64,000 nt of DNA from an uncultured Verrucomicrobiota bacterium. GTDB taxonomy: Bacteria > Verrucomicrobiota > Kiritimatiellia > CAIVKH01. Position 1 is the stretch's first letter, and every line of letters begins with the position of its first letter. The position numbers were made by a program, and so were the translations under genes. Of this stretch, positions 19,206 to 27,094 are shown in pieces. The notes beneath the pieces were generated by a model that searched no databases, was not told the DNA's origin, and saw only the letters and a program-made list of their open reading frames with translations. The stretch lies in assembly GCA_937996795.1 (NCBI GenBank), contig CALKUH010000029.1, forward strand, positions 6,366-70,365, read 5' to 3'.

Positions 19206-19270
19206 CCGGCCAGCATACGGGGGCGCCCGGCCGCTGGCAATCGTCCGGCCCGCGCCCCCCAGATTCTTCA

Positions 19271-19295
19271 CTGGACACCGGACACCGGTCACTGG
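19271..19295. repeat. GACACC-family repeat variant in a divergent intergenic region
   Basis: CTGGACACCGGACACCGGTCACTGG lies between the EEP gene start (19205) and the RmlD-like gene start (19312). Confidence 0.45.
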
Positions 19296-19311
19296 TTACC
19301 TCCTCCGCACG

Positions 19312-20166
19312 ATGAACATTCTTCTCCTCGGTTCCTCCGGCTTTCTCGGGCGCGAAGTGGTTCGCGCGTTTGGCGATCACGCGCTCACGGCGGTCAGCCG
19401 GCGCGGGGGCGGCGGCGCGCGCGCGGCGGATATCCGCGATCCGGATGTCGTGCGCGGGCTGGTCGACGAGACGCGGCCGGACGCCGTGTTGCTGCTCGCG
19501 GCGTATCGCGAGCCCGACGTGTGCGAGGACAACCCGGGCGAGGCGCGTCGGCTGAACGTCGAACCCGCGCGCGCGCTGCGCTCGTGCCTGCCCGCGGCGA
19601 CGCGCCTGTTGTTTGTCAGCACGGACTACGTGTTCGATGGCGAACACCCGCCGTACACCGAGACGTCGCCGCGGTCCCCGGTCAGCGTGTACGGGCTCAC
19701 GAAGGCCGAGGCGGAGGACGCGCTCGCCGGGCGCCCGAACACCACGATCCTGCGCGTGCCGCTGCTGATCGGCGGCGGCGCGACGCTGGCGGACTGCGGG
19801 TTCATCGGCCAGATGGTCGAGGCGGTCCGCGGCGGGCAGCCGCAGCTCGCGGACGACGTGTTGATGCGGTTCCCGACGTGGACGCGCGACGTCGCCGGCG
19901 CCATCCGGTTCCTCGTCGAGCGCGGGGCCGACGGCCTGTTCCACTACGGCGGCGCGCGCGGCGCGACCCGCTACGCGTGGACCGTCGAGACCGCGAACCT
20001 GCTCGGCCTCCCGCACGCCCACTTCACCCCGTCCAAAGCCATCATCCAGCGCAAGGCCCGCCGCCCGTTCAACAGCCAGCTCAACGACGACAAAATCCGG
20101 GCCCTGGGGTATACTCGCCACACCGACTTCGCGGACGTGGTGCGAACCGTGCTGTCGGAACTGTAG
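19312..20166 (+). CDS. SDR-family reductase, dTDP-4-dehydrorhamnose reductase (RmlD)-like
   Basis: MNILLLGSSGFLGREV, FVSTDYVFDG, PVSVYGLTKAEAE and TILRVPLL are present, typical of RmlD substrate-binding-domain proteins. Confidence 0.7.
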   Translation: MNILLLGSSGFLGREVVRAFGDHALTAVSRRGGGGARAADIRDPDVVRGLVDETRPDAVLLLAAYREPDVCEDNPGEARRLNVEPARALRSCLPAATRLLFVSTDYVFDGEHPPYTETSPRSPVSVYGLTKAEAEDALAGRPNTTILRVPLLIGGGATLADCGFIGQMVEAVRGGQPQLADDVLMRFPTWTRDVAGAIRFLVERGADGLFHYGGARGATRYAWTVETANLLGLPHAHFTPSKAIIQRKARRPFNSQLNDDKIRALGYTRHTDFADVVRTVLSEL

Positions 20167-20203
20167 CCGCGCGGCGGTGGGAAAATGGGGGGGGGGACGT
20201 TTT

Positions 20204-20260
20204 GCAACGTCTGTAAAAAATGGGTGGGCGCGTTTCCAACGTCTGTAAAATCTTTTTTGC
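20204..20260 (+). repeat. pair of CAACGTCTGTAAAA motifs (variant A then variant B) at the 5' end of the CBM20-esterase gene
   Basis: TGCAACGTCTGTAAAAA ends at 20220. CAACGTCTGTAAAATCTTTTTTGC lies at 20237-20260. The same two variants recur at 39950-39997. Confidence 0.55.
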
Positions 20261-21914
20261 CGCCGCCTGCCTTTCCGTCGCGGCGCGGGCGGAGGTGGCG
20301 TGGCGGACGCCGGTGTCATTTACCGCGGTGTCCAATACGGGGATTGGCCGGAGCCTGTACGTGGTGGGGAATCAGCCGGAGCTGGGCAACTGGCAGCCGA
20401 CGGGTGCGGTGCGGCTCTCGGTGGCGGCGGGCACGAACTGGTCCGGCCAGGTGGCGATCCGCTCGGGTGCGAGCGTCGAGTACAAGTTCATCAGCCGCGT
20501 CGATTCCAGCGGGCAGCATTGTGAGAACACGAATGTCGTGTGGACGGGCGGGGCGAACCTGACATCGTCCGTCCCGGCGCATCCGGTGGCGCCGTATGCC
20601 GGGAAGACGATGTACTACCACTCGTCGTGGACGAGCGCGTTCCTGTTGTTCTCCACGGACGGCACGAATTTTTCGTCGACGAACATGACGCAGGTCGGCG
20701 CGGGGCGGACGGGCGGGGAGTACCTCTATCGCGTCAGCGGGTTCGGCGTGGCGGGCGCGCCGGTGCAGTTTGTGCCCAGCGGCTTTCTCGGCGGCACGCA
20801 GTTCTATGACAACGCGCCGTATCCGGGCTACGGGTCGGGCGACTACTACACGCCGCTCGATGTCTTTTTCCTGCAGGGCGGCCAGATCTTCAACTACTGG
20901 CCGCCGGCCGCGCCATCGGCCAGCCAGATCGTCACGACGTTCGTTGGGTCATCGTTTGGCTCCATCCCGGCGCGGAATGTCCGTGTGTACCTGCCGCGCG
21001 GTTATACCAACAGCGCATGGCGGCGCTACCCGGTGCTGTACATGCACGATGGGCAGAACGTGTTTGCGCCGGGCGGCGCGTTCGGCTGCTGGGGGGTCGA
21101 GAGCACGATGGATCGTGAAATCAGCCAGGGGCGGGTGCGGGAGACGATCGTGGTGGGGGTGTTGGATGTGGGGAACCGGCTGTCGGAATACTGCCCGCCG
21201 GGCGACACGGCGGCGGGCAATCCGGGCAACGCGAAGGAATATGCGAACTTTCTCATTCACAATGTGCGGCCGCATGTGGATGCCGCGTTTCGCACGCTGA
21301 ACGATCCGGGCAATACGCTGACGATCGGGTCGTCCATGGGGGGCTTGGTTTCCGCCTATCTCGGGCTGGAGACCAATGTGTTCGGGAAAGTTGGGCCGAT
21401 GTCGCCCTCGTTCTGGACGGCGTCGAATTTTGTCGGACGGATCGCGACGAATGCGCTGCCGCTCGTTCGGTTTTACATGGATTGGGGCACGGGCAACGAA
21501 GCCAGTTCCATGTGGAATCCGTGCTGGGGGGTCGTCGCGGCGCTGGATCGCAACGGGTACAGCCGGGGTCAGGATTTGCTTCCCGTCGTCGGGTGCGGAC
21601 AGGATCACAACGAGGCGGCGTGGTCCAATCGCTTCCCGGTTGCCGCACGGTTCCTGCTCTCGCCGTGGGATGAACCAAACCGACTCGCGCAGGAGGAGCA
21701 TCCGCCGCGGGTGGGGTGGAGCGGGGCGACCGGGGTGGTGCATCGGTCGCTGGCGGGGTTCCGCTATCGGCTGGAGCAGGCGAGTGATCCGGGGGGGGCG
21801 TGGGCGTCGGTCCAGACCTCGGCGGTGGAAGCGCTGCCGTGGTCCAGCGTGGAGTTTGGGGCCTCCGGCGGGGCCGAAATCCGCCTGTTCCGCAGCGTGG
21901 CGGAAATGCCGTAA
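20220..21914 (+). CDS. secreted CBM20 (starch-binding) domain fused to an esterase-D/putative-esterase alpha/beta hydrolase
   Basis: The N-terminal VSFTAVSNTGIGRSLYVVGNQPELGNWQPTGAVRLS...WSGQVAIRSGASVEYKFI is CBM20-like. The C-terminal VYLPRGYTNSAWRRYPVLYMHDGQNVF...GSSMGG matches the PF00756-type esterase layout. Confidence 0.65.
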   Translation: MGGRVSNVCKIFFAAACLSVAARAEVAWRTPVSFTAVSNTGIGRSLYVVGNQPELGNWQPTGAVRLSVAAGTNWSGQVAIRSGASVEYKFISRVDSSGQHCENTNVVWTGGANLTSSVPAHPVAPYAGKTMYYHSSWTSAFLLFSTDGTNFSSTNMTQVGAGRTGGEYLYRVSGFGVAGAPVQFVPSGFLGGTQFYDNAPYPGYGSGDYYTPLDVFFLQGGQIFNYWPPAAPSASQIVTTFVGSSFGSIPARNVRVYLPRGYTNSAWRRYPVLYMHDGQNVFAPGGAFGCWGVESTMDREISQGRVRETIVVGVLDVGNRLSEYCPPGDTAAGNPGNAKEYANFLIHNVRPHVDAAFRTLNDPGNTLTIGSSMGGLVSAYLGLETNVFGKVGPMSPSFWTASNFVGRIATNALPLVRFYMDWGTGNEASSMWNPCWGVVAALDRNGYSRGQDLLPVVGCGQDHNEAAWSNRFPVAARFLLSPWDEPNRLAQEEHPPRVGWSGATGVVHRSLAGFRYRLEQASDPGGAWASVQTSAVEALPWSSVEFGASGGAEIRLFRSVAEMP

Positions 21915-22128
21915 GGCGTTTGGAATACGACTGATAGGACGGATAGGACCTATCCTCAAAAAGAATTAGCTCGGCCCTCACTTGACTTAAACGGTTTAGT
22001 TGTTAGCTTCGACCGTTTGTTGGGGCGAGGAAGGCTTGCCGTGCGGGAGTGTGCGGGGGCGTGATCGCTCGACAGACCGGCTGGGTGGCCAGCCGGCATG
22101 AAGTTCAAGGGTACAAGGGAGATCCTTC

Positions 22129-22788
22129 ATGAAGCAGGGTGTCGAGTTCAAGCGTGGGGTCTGGGTTGCGGTGGCCGTGCTGGGGACGTCCGTGTCGTTC
22201 GGTGCGCCGATCGGGGCGGGTGTGTTTTTCCCCGCGCCTGAGTCCCGGTATGAGGTCGCGGCGCGGTTGGCACTGCCGGTGCCGGCCCCCGCGCGTCCGC
22301 AGGCGCCGGTGTTGGACCAGCGGCTGATCGCCGATTTGCTGGTCGATTCCATCGTGCAAATTGAATCGGGCGGCAATCCGCGCACCGTCGGCTCCAAGGG
22401 GGAGCGCGGCCTGATGCAGATCAAGGCCGACACCTGGGGCGAAGTGACGCGCCAGGTGTTCGGAGCGCGTATCTCGTTTTCCCGGGCGTTCGAGGCGGAC
22501 CTGAACCGCACGGTCGGCGCGTCCTATCTCGCCCAGCTCCAAACATTCCTCCACCGCCATCGCGCCCAGTGGAAAGCCGATGAGCGCTCCCTGTTGCTCG
22601 CCTGCTACAACGCCGGTCCCGAGCGCGTGCGCCGCAGCGGGTTCGACCTGCGCCGGTTGCCCGCCAGCACGCAGGACTATGTGAAGCGGGGCGGCGCGCT
22701 GCACGACAGTTTCCTCGTCGAGCACAACATCTCGACCCGCCAGGTGCGCCTGGCGATGGATGCGACGCGTCGCTCGGGCGGCGCCTGA
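22129..22788 (+). CDS. lytic transglycosylase (SLT domain)
   Basis: IVQIESGGNPRTVGSKGERGLMQIKADTWGEV and LLACYNAGPERV are present. Confidence 0.8.
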   Translation: MKQGVEFKRGVWVAVAVLGTSVSFGAPIGAGVFFPAPESRYEVAARLALPVPAPARPQAPVLDQRLIADLLVDSIVQIESGGNPRTVGSKGERGLMQIKADTWGEVTRQVFGARISFSRAFEADLNRTVGASYLAQLQTFLHRHRAQWKADERSLLLACYNAGPERVRRSGFDLRRLPASTQDYVKRGGALHDSFLVEHNISTRQVRLAMDATRRSGGA

Positions 22789-22856
22789 GCGTGGCTCCGC
22801 CGCGCTTGTTTCCGCGCGGGGCCTGTGATAGGAGAGGGGCCGTTTAGGAGATCCGC

Positions 22857-23459
22857 ATGCAACCGAACATCGACATATCCGACGTCCTGCGCCGCAGTTT
22901 CGACCTCTACAAGGAAAACATCACGACGCTGCTGATCGCGACGTTCCTCGCGTTCGTCATTTCGCTGCTGTCCGTCGGCATCCTCGCGGGCCCGATGTTC
23001 GCCGGGCTCGTGCTGATCACGCTGGGGCTGATCGACAAAAAACAGCCGAAACCGGATGTCGGCGACCTGTTCAAGGGCTTCAACCACTTCCTGCCGGCGC
23101 TCGTGTATGTGATCCTGGTCTTCGTGGCCTCGTTCCTCGGCCAGATCATCCTGGGGATCATCCCGATCCTGGGCATGTTCCTGCCGACGCTGTTCTCGCT
23201 GGCGCTGGGCACCGTGACGCTGTTCGCGTTGTTCTACATCGTCGAAAAGCAGATGGACGTCGTCGCCGCGCTGCAGAAGAGCTACGAAGTCGTGAAGACC
23301 AACTTCTGGATCTTCTTTGCGATCTACATCGTGGCCAGCGTGATCAGCGCCATGGGCATGATCGCCTGTTTCATCGGCGTGTTCGTCACGGCGCCCATGT
23401 ACTACTGCATGGTTTCGGTGCTTTACCGCGACCTGCATCCCGCGCCCGCCTCCGCCTGA
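22857..23459 (+). CDS. polytopic membrane protein of unknown function
   Basis: Four to five hydrophobic helices are present and codon usage is good. I recognise no family. Confidence 0.5.
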   Translation: MQPNIDISDVLRRSFDLYKENITTLLIATFLAFVISLLSVGILAGPMFAGLVLITLGLIDKKQPKPDVGDLFKGFNHFLPALVYVILVFVASFLGQIILGIIPILGMFLPTLFSLALGTVTLFALFYIVEKQMDVVAALQKSYEVVKTNFWIFFAIYIVASVISAMGMIACFIGVFVTAPMYYCMVSVLYRDLHPAPASA

Positions 23460-23481
23460 CGGGGGGCAGCGCCTCGGGTCC

Positions 23482-23868
23482 GTGTCATCAAGCCATCAGT
23501 TGCGTTGGGTTTGGGGCGCACTGTGTGCGGTCAGCCTGCTCGCCGTTGTCCTCGGCATGGCGCTTCCGCTGGAATCCCGCGTCGGGCTGCGCTGCGGGTT
23601 CCTGTCCCTGACCGGGTGGCCCTGTCTGTTCTGCGGGATGACGCGCGCATTCCTTGCCGCGGGACACGGCGCGTGGGCGGAGGCCTTCCGGCAGTCGCCG
23701 GTGGGCGCGTTGCTGTTTCCCGCCACGGCGGCATTTGCCGTGTGGAGCGGGTGGCGCGTGTGGCGCGGACGTACGCCCGCGTTGCGCGTCCCGGCCGGCG
23801 CATGGATCGCGCTGGCCGTGGCGTTGCTGGCGAACTGGCTGTATCGCCTCGCCGCGGGGTTGAAGTGA
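23482..23868 (+). CDS. DUF2752 membrane protein
   Basis: WPCLFCGMTRAF matches the CP-x-CG-x-TR signature of DUF2752. Confidence 0.6.
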   Translation: MSSSHQLRWVWGALCAVSLLAVVLGMALPLESRVGLRCGFLSLTGWPCLFCGMTRAFLAAGHGAWAEAFRQSPVGALLFPATAAFAVWSGWRVWRGRTPALRVPAGAWIALAVALLANWLYRLAAGLK

Positions 23869-23882
23869 GCGGTGGGAGGATC

Positions 23883-23947
23883 GGTGTCGGGTGTCAGGTT
23901 TCAGGGAAGCGTATTAATCTTCCTGACACCTGACACCGGAACACTGA
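23883..23947. repeat. GACACC-family inverted repeat (hairpin) between convergent genes
   Basis: GGTGTCGGGTGTCAGGTTTCAGGGAAG ... CTTCCTGACACCTGACACCGGAACACTGA. It lies between the stop codons at 23868 (+) and 23952 (-) and may act as a terminator. Confidence 0.55.
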
Positions 23948-23951
23948 ACCC

Positions 23952-24377
23952 TCAAACGACCGTGACGCCGCGGCGTTTCAGGTCCGCGTCGATCTCGGAT
24001 TCCGCCGCCGACCAATGCTCGGACGAGTCGCCCTGGAATCCGTGCTTCTCGGCGCGGAAGTAGGCGGCCTGTTCGATCATGCGCTGGCGCTCGGCCTTGC
24101 TCACCATCGTCGGCTTCGGCGCGACCGGCTTGGCGGGCGCCACCGGAGCTGCGGGCTTCGCGACGACGGGCGTCGCGGGCGCCACGGGTTTGGCCGGGGC
24201 CGGGACGACCGGCTTGGCCGGGGGCGTCACCGCCGCCTTGACCGCTGCCGGGGCCGGCTGGCCCTTCGTTTCAGCCTCAGCCGCAGCCGCCGCTACCGCT
24301 TTGGCCGTCGGAACCTTGGAAGTTTTGGCCACAGGGGCCTTTTTCGTACGCACTGTCTTTTTGGATGTATCAGCCAT
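23952..24377 (-). CDS. DUF2934 protein with Lys/Ala/Pro-rich histone-H1-like N-terminal region
   Basis: The ATG at 24377 is preceded by GGAGGG. The C-terminus ERQRMIEQAAYFRAEKHGFQGDSSEHWSAAESEI is the DUF2934 signature. The N-terminus contains repeated PAKPVAP units. Confidence 0.6.
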   Translation of the reverse strand: MADTSKKTVRTKKAPVAKTSKVPTAKAVAAAAAEAETKGQPAPAAVKAAVTPPAKPVVPAPAKPVAPATPVVAKPAAPVAPAKPVAPKPTMVSKAERQRMIEQAAYFRAEKHGFQGDSSEHWSAAESEIDADLKRRGVTVV

Positions 24378-24559
24378 GATATTTCCCTCCTGATATAACC
24401 CGGCATGGCTTGGGTAATAGGGGCCGGTATAGGAAAGAAGCCCCGCCAATGCAAACGTTTTAGCGTTAGTTTTTTCTTTGCCTGCCGCACGTTCCCCGCG
24501 CACTATGAGCCCCCGTTTGACCCGTTGAGCCCCACGGCCTCGACTTTAGCGAATAAGAT

Positions 24560-26299
24560 ATGAGTAAGTCATTTATTGATAACACGTTGGAACAAACGTT
24601 TACGGCGTGGTCTCGCGCGCGGTTTGCCGAGGTCTTTCCGGACGCGGATTTGGCGGCGGTCAACCTGGAGGTGGTGCCGACGGCGGACGAGCGGTTTGGG
24701 GACTACCAGTGCAACGCGGCGATGGCGGTGGCGAAGAAAGTGAAACTCGCGCCGCGCGACGTGGCGAACCGGCTGCTGGACGGGGCGGCGTTGCCGGAGG
24801 GGGTGGCGCGGGCGGAAATCGCCGGCCCGGGCTTCATCAATTTCCATCTCGATGCGGCGGCGCTCGCCCGTCGCCTTGAACAGATGCAGGCGGATGCGCG
24901 GCTCGGTGTGCCCGCCGCCGGTTCGGGTCGCACGGTGGTCCTCGACTACTCGAGCCCGAACATCGCGAAGCCAATGCACATCGGCCACATCCGGTCCACG
25001 GTGATCGGCAATGCGCTGGACCGGCTGCACCGGTTCCTCGGCTATCGCGTGATCGCGGACAACCACCTCGGCGACTGGGGCACGCAGTTCGGCATCCTGA
25101 TCATGGGCTATCGGAACTTCCTCGACGCCGGCGCGCTCGCGGCGGACCCGATCGCGGAGCTGGAGCGGCTGTACGTCAAAAGCTACGAGAAGTCCAAGGA
25201 GGACGAGGGGTGGCTGAACCAGGCCCGCGCGGAACTGGTGAAGTTGCAGCAGGGCGACGCGGCGAACCGCGCCTTGTGGGAGCAGTTCGTCCGGCTGAGC
25301 CTCGGTGAATTCGAGAAAATCTACGCGCGACTCGGCGTCCGCTTCGACCTCGCCCGCGGCGAGAGTTTCTACAACGACCGCCTGCCCGGCGTCATCGACC
25401 AACTCACCGCGAAGGGACTCGCGGAGGAGAGCGAGGGCGCGCTGGTGGTGAAGCTCGATGACGAGAAACTGCCACTCTGCATCGTGCGCAAGAGCGACGG
25501 CGCGTTCAACTATGCGACGACCGACATCGCCACGGTGCAGAGCCGCGCGGAGGAGTTCGCGCCGGATGCGATCATTTATGTCACCGACGAGCGCCAGCAG
25601 CTGCACTTCAAGCAGTTCTTCGCCGTCGCGCGCAAGCTCGGCGTCGCGACGCGGCTCGTCCACGTGTGGTTCGGCCTGATGCGGCTGCCGGAGGGCACGT
25701 TCTCCACGCGGCAGGGCAACGTCATCAAGCTGGAGCGCCTGCTCGACGAGGCGGAGTCGCGCGCGCTCGCGATTGTGAAGGAGAGCAGCCCGCAGATGGA
25801 CGACGCCACGCACCGCGCCGTCGCCCGCGCGGTCGGCATCGGCGCGGTGAAATACGCCGATTTGAGCCAGAATCCGCAGAGCCTTGTGACATTCTCCTGG
25901 GACAAGGCGCTCGCGCTCGACGGCAATTCCGCGCCGTACCTGCAATATGCCTACGCCCGCATCGCGAGCGTGCGCGACAAGTACCGCGAGCAGTTCCCGG
26001 GCCGCCGGTTCGAGGAGGCGCCCATCGCGTTGGGCGAAGCCATCGAGCGGAAACTCGCCCTGCGCCTCGTGCGCTTCCCCGACCTGCTGATGCGGGCCGC
26101 GGGCGCGTACAAGCCGAACATGGTCTGCGAATACCTCTTCGACCTCGCGCAGGTGTACAGCACGTTCTACCAGACCGTGCCCTTCCTGAAGGCGGAGGAG
26201 GGCGTGCGCGAAAGCCGCATCCGCCTGTGCGACGTGACCGCGCGGGTGATCAAGCAGGGCCTGGAGCTGCTCGGCATCGACGCCCCCGAACGGATCTGA
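24560..26299 (+). CDS. argS: arginine--tRNA ligase
   Basis: SSPNIAKPMHIGHIRSTVIGNAL (the HIGH region), the KMS-type region and the C-terminal DALR anticodon-binding layout are present. Confidence 0.92.
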   Translation: MSKSFIDNTLEQTFTAWSRARFAEVFPDADLAAVNLEVVPTADERFGDYQCNAAMAVAKKVKLAPRDVANRLLDGAALPEGVARAEIAGPGFINFHLDAAALARRLEQMQADARLGVPAAGSGRTVVLDYSSPNIAKPMHIGHIRSTVIGNALDRLHRFLGYRVIADNHLGDWGTQFGILIMGYRNFLDAGALAADPIAELERLYVKSYEKSKEDEGWLNQARAELVKLQQGDAANRALWEQFVRLSLGEFEKIYARLGVRFDLARGESFYNDRLPGVIDQLTAKGLAEESEGALVVKLDDEKLPLCIVRKSDGAFNYATTDIATVQSRAEEFAPDAIIYVTDERQQLHFKQFFAVARKLGVATRLVHVWFGLMRLPEGTFSTRQGNVIKLERLLDEAESRALAIVKESSPQMDDATHRAVARAVGIGAVKYADLSQNPQSLVTFSWDKALALDGNSAPYLQYAYARIASVRDKYREQFPGRRFEEAPIALGEAIERKLALRLVRFPDLLMRAAGAYKPNMVCEYLFDLAQVYSTFYQTVPFLKAEEGVRESRIRLCDVTARVIKQGLELLGIDAPERI

Positions 26300-26340
26300 T
26301 TCGTCTGTAGCCGCGCGTGCCGAGCGCGGCCCGGCGGCGA

Positions 26341-26373
26341 AAAAAGGAGCGGGCACGAGGCCCGCTCCTTTTT
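26341..26373. terminator. bidirectional rho-independent terminator
   Basis: The structure is AAAAA-GGAGCGGGC-ACGAG-GCCCGCTCC-TTTTT: a 9-bp GC-rich stem flanked by A5 and T5. It lies between the convergent argS and redoxin genes. Confidence 0.7.
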
Positions 26374-26393
26374 CATCGTTTCCGAATCGGCGA

Positions 26394-26999
26394 CTATTTG
26401 TATTTCACCGAGCAGCCGTACGGCTTGGTCTGCGACGTCGCGACGGCGCGACCCGCGGCGATGTCGTCCAGCGCGGCCTTCACGTAGTTGAGCGAGCTCG
26501 GGATGTCCTCCGGGTCGGTGGACGGCTTGTTGTCGATCGCGCCCTGGTAGACCAGCGTGCCCTCGGCGTTGATGACATACATGTGGGGCGTGGTCTTCGC
26601 GCCATAGGCCTTGCCGATCGTTCCGTCTTCGTCGAGCAGCACGGCGGCGGCGGCGCCCTTCTTGTCGGCGTTTACCTTCTGCCACTTTGCGGCGTCATGA
26701 TGGCCCTGCTTGCCGGGCGCGGAAGAGCAGATCGAGAGCCAGACGATGCCCTTCTCCGCTGCTTCGCGCTGCATCGCGGGGATGTTGTCGCTGTCGTAGT
26801 GCTTCACGACGAACGGGCACCCGTGGTTGACCCACTCGAGCACGACGGTCTTGCCCCGGTAGTCGGTGAGGCTGTGCGTGTTGCCGTTGATGTCGTTGAG
26901 CGTGAAGTTCGGCGCGGCGGAGCCGGTCGCCACTTCCGCGTGCGCGATGCTGAAGGACGCGGCCAGGGCGGCCAGCGCCGTAAGGATGCTGCGTTTCAT
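26394..26999 (-). CDS. secreted redoxin/thioredoxin-fold protein (AhpC/TSA-like)
   Basis: Signal peptide MKRSILTALAALAASFSIAHA. APNFTLNDINGNTHSLTDYRGKTVVLEWVNHGCPFV shows the thioredoxin-fold peroxiredoxin-like layout. Confidence 0.7.
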   Translation of the reverse strand: MKRSILTALAALAASFSIAHAEVATGSAAPNFTLNDINGNTHSLTDYRGKTVVLEWVNHGCPFVVKHYDSDNIPAMQREAAEKGIVWLSICSSAPGKQGHHDAAKWQKVNADKKGAAAAVLLDEDGTIGKAYGAKTTPHMYVINAEGTLVYQGAIDNKPSTDPEDIPSSLNYVKAALDDIAAGRAVATSQTKPYGCSVKYK

Positions 27000-27094
27000 G
27001 TCAGAGGTCTCCTTCGCTCCCGTGTGTTCATCCGAGGGCCGGCGCCCGCGGGGCGCTCGAGTTCCGGCCAAAGTCGCCTAATCTACACCATCGT

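Noticed and set aside
17310-20216. A 968-aa plus-strand ORF, the longest in the track
   Set aside because: It runs antisense to the EEP gene and out of frame across the RmlD-like gene. The translation is Arg/Ala/Gly/Pro-rich low-complexity sequence with no motifs. This is a typical shadow ORF of high-GC DNA.
21915-22128. Possible small RNA or riboswitch in the 214-nt spacer upstream of the SLT gene
   Set aside because: Three small structures are present: GGATAG-GAC-CTATCC at 21941-21955, AAACGGT...ACCGTTT, and the perfect 8-bp stem CCGGCTGG-GTGG-CCAGCCGG at about 22078-22097. I recognise no known riboswitch consensus or terminator there, and the evidence is insufficient for an ncRNA call.
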